Source of the DNA: an uncultured Acholeplasmataceae bacterium
Lineage (GTDB): Bacteria; Bacillota_I; Bacilli_A; Acholeplasmatales; UBA5453
Direction: 5' to 3'
NCBI GenBank assembly: GCA_964387195.1
Contig: CAYLVT010000005.1
Span: 1-24,000 of the forward strand
Length of the DNA: 24,000 nt
Shown: piece by piece, positions 19,853 to 24,000 of the stretch
Numbering within the stretch: position 1 is the stretch's first letter
Layout of the letters: each line of letters begins with the position of its first letter
Made by a program: the position numbers and the translations under genes
The notes under the pieces: model-generated
Told to the model about the DNA's origin: nothing
Databases searched by the model: none
Seen by the model: only the letters and a program-made list of their open reading frames with translations

Positions 19853-19899
19853 CTTTGCTAGATGTATTCTACTAATTTGCTTTTTAGTTAATTAAACTA

Positions 19900-19908
19900 T
19901 GTTATAAT
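19900..19908 (+). promoter_or_regulatory. Extended -10 promoter for ecfA1 operon
   Basis: TG-T-TATAAT at 19900-19908; weak TTGCTT-like -35 with a 19-nt spacer. Confidence 0.6.
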
Positions 19909-19930
19909 ATATAAGCAATAAGGAGTTAAG

Positions 19931-20740
19931 ATGATAAAAATTAAGGATTTATATTTTTCATATGACAATAGACATGAAGCACTTAAAGGCATTTCCCTTA
20001 ACATTGAAGATGGAACATGGACAGCCATTGTAGGACACAATGGAAGTGGCAAAAGTACCTTAGCTAAATTGTTGGTTGGTTTGATTGAACCAACGAAAGG
20101 TGAAATTCATATTAATGATATGCTCATGACTACAAATAATCTTTCACAAATCAGAAAACACGTCGGTATTGTATTTCAAAACCCAGACAATCAATTTGTT
20201 GGGGTTACAGTGAAGCACGATATCGCTTTTGGGCTTGAAAATCAACAAACCCCTCAACCAGAAATGTTAGAACTGATTGATAAATACATTAAAGTTGTTG
20301 GTATGGAGGGTTATCTAGATAAAGAACCACACCAACTATCGGGTGGGCAAAAACAAAGGGTTGCGATTGCTGGGGCACTAGCGATGAATCAAGATATTAT
20401 GATTTTTGATGAGGCAACTTCAATGTTAGATCCAGAAGGCACAAAAGAAATTAGTGATTTTATTATGGAATTAAACACCAAATACAATAAAACCCTTATT
20501 ACCATTACACACGACTTAGAATTTGCAAGAAAGGCAGATAGAGTGGTTGTGTTAAGTGATGGCAACATTATGTTTGATGGAACACCGGATGAAGTCTTTA
20601 AAAATTCTAGCATCTTAAAAGAAATAGATTTAGACATCCCCTTTGGTCTAAAACTATATGAAACTGCTTTTGAAGATGCACAATTAAAAGAAAATAAGAA
20701 ATTGATGGATGCGCTATGGCAATACAGTTTAAAGAAGTAA
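19931..20740 (+). CDS. ecfA1: ECF transporter ATPase A1
   Basis: GHNGSGKSTLAK Walker A, LSGGQKQRVAIAGALAM signature, DEATSMLDPEG; adjacent A2 and T subunits. Confidence 0.93.
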   Translation: MIKIKDLYFSYDNRHEALKGISLNIEDGTWTAIVGHNGSGKSTLAKLLVGLIEPTKGEIHINDMLMTTNNLSQIRKHVGIVFQNPDNQFVGVTVKHDIAFGLENQQTPQPEMLELIDKYIKVVGMEGYLDKEPHQLSGGQKQRVAIAGALAMNQDIMIFDEATSMLDPEGTKEISDFIMELNTKYNKTLITITHDLEFARKADRVVVLSDGNIMFDGTPDEVFKNSSILKEIDLDIPFGLKLYETAFEDAQLKENKKLMDALWQYSLKK

Positions 20741-21561
20741 GCTTTTCTTATAGAGGGGTTAAAGACCAACAGTATGAAGCGATAAAAGATATTAATTTAC
20801 AAATTGATAAAGGGGAATTTATTGCAGTGTGTGGTCAAACCGGTAGTGGTAAAACAACCATGGTTCAACATATGAATGCCTTATTGCAACCAACTAGGGG
20901 CAATGTATTCATTTTTGAACATACCCTACCCCAAAAGAAAAAACAAAAAATTGGACCCATTCGAAAAAGGGTTGGTTTGGTATTTCAATTTCCAGAATAT
21001 CAATTATTTGAAGAAACCATTCTTAAAGATATTATGTTCGGACCTAAGAATTTTGGATTATCAAATGAAGAAGCAAAAGAAAAAGCATTAATGGCTGCAA
21101 AACTTGTCGGATTATCTGAGGATTTACTTGAAAAAAGTCCTTTTAGAATTAGTGGGGGACAAATGAGAAGGGTAGCTATTGCGGGTATTCTTGCGATGGA
21201 GCCTGATATTTTAGTATTAGATGAACCAACCAGGGGTTTAGACCCACAAGGTTCTAAAGAGATTATGGATTTGTTTTACAAACTTCATAAAGAAAATGAT
21301 AAAACCATCATCTTAGTTAGCCATGATATGGACATCATCGCTAACTACGCTTCTAGAGTGGTCGTTTTGGATGAAGGTCAAATTGTCTTTGATGGAAGTA
21401 AAGAGGATTTGTTTTCCCAAAAAGATTTTGATTCATTTCATTTAGCTAAGCCAAAAACCATAGAAGTTATGCATTATTTAAATGAACAAATTGGTATTCC
21501 ATTTAAAAACCTATTTTCATTTGAAGATGTTTTAGCGTACTTAAAAGAGGTGAGCAAATGA
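20716..21561 (+). CDS. ecfA2: ECF transporter ATPase A2
   Basis: GQTGSGKTTMVQHMNALLQPT, ISGGQMRRVAIAGILAMEPDILVLDEPTRGLDP. Confidence 0.93.
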   Translation: MAIQFKEVSFSYRGVKDQQYEAIKDINLQIDKGEFIAVCGQTGSGKTTMVQHMNALLQPTRGNVFIFEHTLPQKKKQKIGPIRKRVGLVFQFPEYQLFEETILKDIMFGPKNFGLSNEEAKEKALMAAKLVGLSEDLLEKSPFRISGGQMRRVAIAGILAMEPDILVLDEPTRGLDPQGSKEIMDLFYKLHKENDKTIILVSHDMDIIANYASRVVVLDEGQIVFDGSKEDLFSQKDFDSFHLAKPKTIEVMHYLNEQIGIPFKNLFSFEDVLAYLKEVSK

Positions 21562-22547
21562 ATAATATTGTCATTGGTCAATATGTGCATGGTTCATCTT
21601 GGATATATAAACTAGACCCTCGTATAAAAATCAGTGCTTTAGTTATCTTATTGGTTACAACCTTCTTACTCAGTAACCTATTTTTAATGAGCATCATGTT
21701 TGGGCTTATGATTGTGATGATTTTCTCAACACGTGTCCCTTTCTTAAAGATGATAAGAGGTATGAAACCTTTAATCTTTTTACTAACATTTACCTTTTTT
21801 ATTCAAATATTTTCCATTCAAGAAGGGAATGTTTTACTACAACAAACGATGTATATTGGTCCCTTAAGTGTGCTTGCGATGATGACGATAGTAATTATCT
21901 ATTTTCTTATTAAAAGGTATATTAAGTTTAAAATAATACTGTTTTTCTTAGTGGTGTTTTTAATATTCTATGTACAAGCAATACTCCCTTCAACCCTAAT
22001 TGGACTTCAAGATTTTACGTATGAGTTTGTTATTAGGGAGTTGGCGCTACAATATACAGGCTTTTTATTGTTAAGAATCATGATTGTTGTGATGCTTTCT
22101 AGTTTATTAACCTTTACAACCCTACCTACGGATATTACAAATGGTCTTGAGTCATTATTAAGACCCTTAAAGGTCATTAAGTTTCCCGTTGGAGAGCTTG
22201 CAACGATGTTATCTTTAACACTAAGATTTATACCCACACTATTAGATGAAACGCAAAAAATCATGAAAGCGCAAGCGTCTCGTGGTGTTGAATTTAGTGA
22301 ATCAAAACTCAAAGATAAAATCACTCAAATTGTTTCACTGCTTATTCCAATTTTTGTAATCTCCTTTAAGCGTGCGGAAGATTTAGCCAATGCGATGGAA
22401 GCAAGAGGCTATATTATCGGTGGCAAAAGAACAAAGGTAGATATGCTTAAAATGCGCGTCTTTGATATTTTTGTTTTGTTTGTTTGTTTAGGTCTACTAA
22501 CCACATCTATTTTACTTAGAGTAGGGGTGATTCAGATTGCGTTATAA
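21558..22547 (+). CDS. ecfT: ECF transporter transmembrane subunit T
   Basis: IVIGQYVHGSSWIYKLDPRIKI N-terminus; multi-spanning; ASRGVEF and AMEARGYI coupling motifs; ATGA overlap with ecfA2. Confidence 0.93.
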   Translation: MNNIVIGQYVHGSSWIYKLDPRIKISALVILLVTTFLLSNLFLMSIMFGLMIVMIFSTRVPFLKMIRGMKPLIFLLTFTFFIQIFSIQEGNVLLQQTMYIGPLSVLAMMTIVIIYFLIKRYIKFKIILFFLVVFLIFYVQAILPSTLIGLQDFTYEFVIRELALQYTGFLLLRIMIVVMLSSLLTFTTLPTDITNGLESLLRPLKVIKFPVGELATMLSLTLRFIPTLLDETQKIMKAQASRGVEFSESKLKDKITQIVSLLIPIFVISFKRAEDLANAMEARGYIIGGKRTKVDMLKMRVFDIFVLFVCLGLLTTSILLRVGVIQIAL

Positions 22548-23268
22548 AGTCACCCTAAGTTATGATGGTACCCATTATCATGGTTTTCAAAAACAACAAA
22601 ACAGCCATTCTATAGAAGCTGAAATCAATCAAGCCCTTTTTAAAATTCATAAAAAACCAATTAAGATTATCGCTTCAGGAAGAACCGATAAAGGGGTTCA
22701 CGCCTTAGGGCAAGTGTTTGACTTCAAATCACATCTAAAAATGACGTGTGAACAGTTTAAAAAGGCTTTAAATAGCTATTTACCTAAAGATATATACATC
22801 AAAGAAGTCGAAGTCGTTAGTGATCACTTTAACGCACGTCATAGTGCCGTTAAAAAAACGTATAAATATATTATTAATCAAGAATTTGATGTTTTTAAAA
22901 GAAGTCATGAATTATACTACCCCTATAAAATCGATATTGCGTTATTAAAAGAAGCCACAAAATCGTTTATTGGAACCCATGACTTTTATGGTTTTGCGGG
23001 GTATGTGAAAGATAAACCCACTATAAAAACCATTTATGATGCGAATGTCGTTGTTGATCAAAGTAGAATTATTATTACCTTTATTGGTAATGGCTTTTTA
23101 AAATATATGGTAAGAAAAATGGTAGGTACCATTTTAGATATTAGCTCAGGTAAAAAACCACTTTCCATAATTGATACGATATTTGAAACAAAAGATCGAA
23201 ACCTCTGTGGTAAAACCATTAATCCTGAGGGGTTATACTTAGTAGAGGTAGATTATGAACGCAACTAA
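22537..23268 (+). CDS. truA: tRNA pseudouridine synthase A (TTG start)
   Basis: YKVTLSYDGTHYHGFQKQ; ASGRTDKGVHALGQ; NGFLKYMVRKMVG. TTG 22537 overlaps end of ecfT. Confidence 0.94.
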   Translation: MRYKVTLSYDGTHYHGFQKQQNSHSIEAEINQALFKIHKKPIKIIASGRTDKGVHALGQVFDFKSHLKMTCEQFKKALNSYLPKDIYIKEVEVVSDHFNARHSAVKKTYKYIINQEFDVFKRSHELYYPYKIDIALLKEATKSFIGTHDFYGFAGYVKDKPTIKTIYDANVVVDQSRIIITFIGNGFLKYMVRKMVGTILDISSGKKPLSIIDTIFETKDRNLCGKTINPEGLYLVEVDYERN

Positions 23269-23286
23269 CAATTGCGTGTCTTTTTT
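23259..23286 (+). terminator. Terminator overlapping truA stop codon
   Basis: ACGCAA (23259-23264) / TTGCGT (23272-23277), TAA stop in loop, TTTTTT at 23281-23286. Confidence 0.65.
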
Positions 23287-23295
23287 CTTATAGGT

Positions 23296-23304
23296 TGTTA
23301 AAAT
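23296..23304 (+). promoter_or_regulatory. Possible extended -10 promoter for XRE gene
   Basis: TG-T-TAAAAT immediately downstream of the truA terminator T-run. Confidence 0.4.
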
Positions 23305-23323
23305 GAAACTGTGAGGTAGTAAA

Positions 23324-23785
23324 ATGATTGATTTAAGAAGCGTCGGTAAGAAAATTCAATCCCTAAGAGTTTCAAATCATTTAACTCAAGATGAACTCGC
23401 AGAAAAGCTTTATGTAAGTCGTCAAGCTCTTTCTAAATGGGAAAATGGGCAAAGTATTCCCACCATTGATAACATCTTATTACTATCCAGGTTATTTAAT
23501 GTGACATTTGAAGAGATTTTATGTTTAAATGAAAAAACAGAATTCGATGAAAATGATCTCTTTAAAAGCCATGATCGCTATTTAATCATTAATAAGATTA
23601 TGAGTGGCGAGTTAGTTGTGGACCTACCAACCGTCTTTTATCAGTTTTCGCCCCTTGAGAGGATGACGTTACTTAAAAAGGTAAAAGAAGGTAGCCTAAA
23701 GGTAAATATAAGCGACTTATCAACCAAACTTACAACCTCAGAACTTAAGTACTTACTAGGAGGGAATTATGTTAAAACGACTTAA
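23324..23785 (+). CDS. XRE-family helix-turn-helix transcriptional regulator
   Basis: VGKKIQSLRVSNHLTQDELAEKLYVSRQALSKWENGQSIPTIDNILLLSRLFNVTFEEIL, a typical HTH_3 domain. Confidence 0.88.
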   Translation: MIDLRSVGKKIQSLRVSNHLTQDELAEKLYVSRQALSKWENGQSIPTIDNILLLSRLFNVTFEEILCLNEKTEFDENDLFKSHDRYLIINKIMSGELVVDLPTVFYQFSPLERMTLLKKVKEGSLKVNISDLSTKLTTSELKYLLGGNYVKTT

Positions 23786-24000
23786 AAGAAAAGAAGTGAA
23801 AGTCATGAACGAACACGTTGATGAACTCACTAAGAAAATGGAATCACTTAAAGAAGGCGCATTACCGCTAAAAGAAAAAGCAATCTCTTTAAAACAAACC
23901 CTTGAAGCAGAACGCGCAAAACAAAACCGTTTAGGCTATCAAAAACTTCATGAAAGACTCAATTATGTTCTTTCTTACTTTCAAGATTATGATCAAAACA
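23769..24000 (+). CDS. Hypothetical charged, probably coiled-coil protein, 3' truncated by window
   Basis: Open frame from ATG 23769 (AGGG upstream) to window end: MLKRLKRKEVKVMNEHVDELTKKMESLKEGALPLKEKAISLKQTLEAERAKQNRLGYQKLHERLNYVLSYFQDYDQN... Confidence 0.6.
   Translation, partial: MLKRLKRKEVKVMNEHVDELTKKMESLKEGALPLKEKAISLKQTLEAERAKQNRLGYQKLHERLNYVLSYFQDYDQN

Noticed and set aside
1-24000. Search for CRISPR arrays, tRNA/rRNA, insertion sequences, phage or toxin-antitoxin genes
   Set aside because: No spaced direct repeats, cloverleaf-like genes, transposase/integrase motifs or recognisable TA pair were seen; intergenic space is minimal.

Overview
AT-rich, gene-dense window from a Mollicutes-type chromosome. 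TGA is used as a stop and Trp is TGG, which fits the Acholeplasma group rather than the Mycoplasma/Spiroplasma code. The core is an intact S10-spc-alpha ribosomal protein cluster (rpsJ to rplQ, about 3.05-17.14 kb) in the usual Firmicutes/Mollicutes order. It includes secY, adk, map, infA and rpoA, plus two small genes, rpmD and rpmJ, that the ORF track missed. Upstream are the 3' end of a DegV-like gene, a ROK glucokinase and a divergent PTS enzyme I-like gene. Downstream are pepF, a DUF2871-like membrane protein, a convergent thioredoxin gene, ecfA1-ecfA2-ecfT-truA, and an XRE regulator with a truncated partner ORF. I see no CRISPR, mobile element, defence system, rRNA or tRNA. The most interesting signals are non-coding: a strong promoter and a structured ~130-nt leader before rpsJ with two mutually exclusive pairings, terminators nested against or into promoters, stop codons inside terminator loops, and an alternating GTATAA/TTATAC array upstream of pepF. 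The divergent EI-like protein paired with the glucokinase is the most interesting protein-level item.
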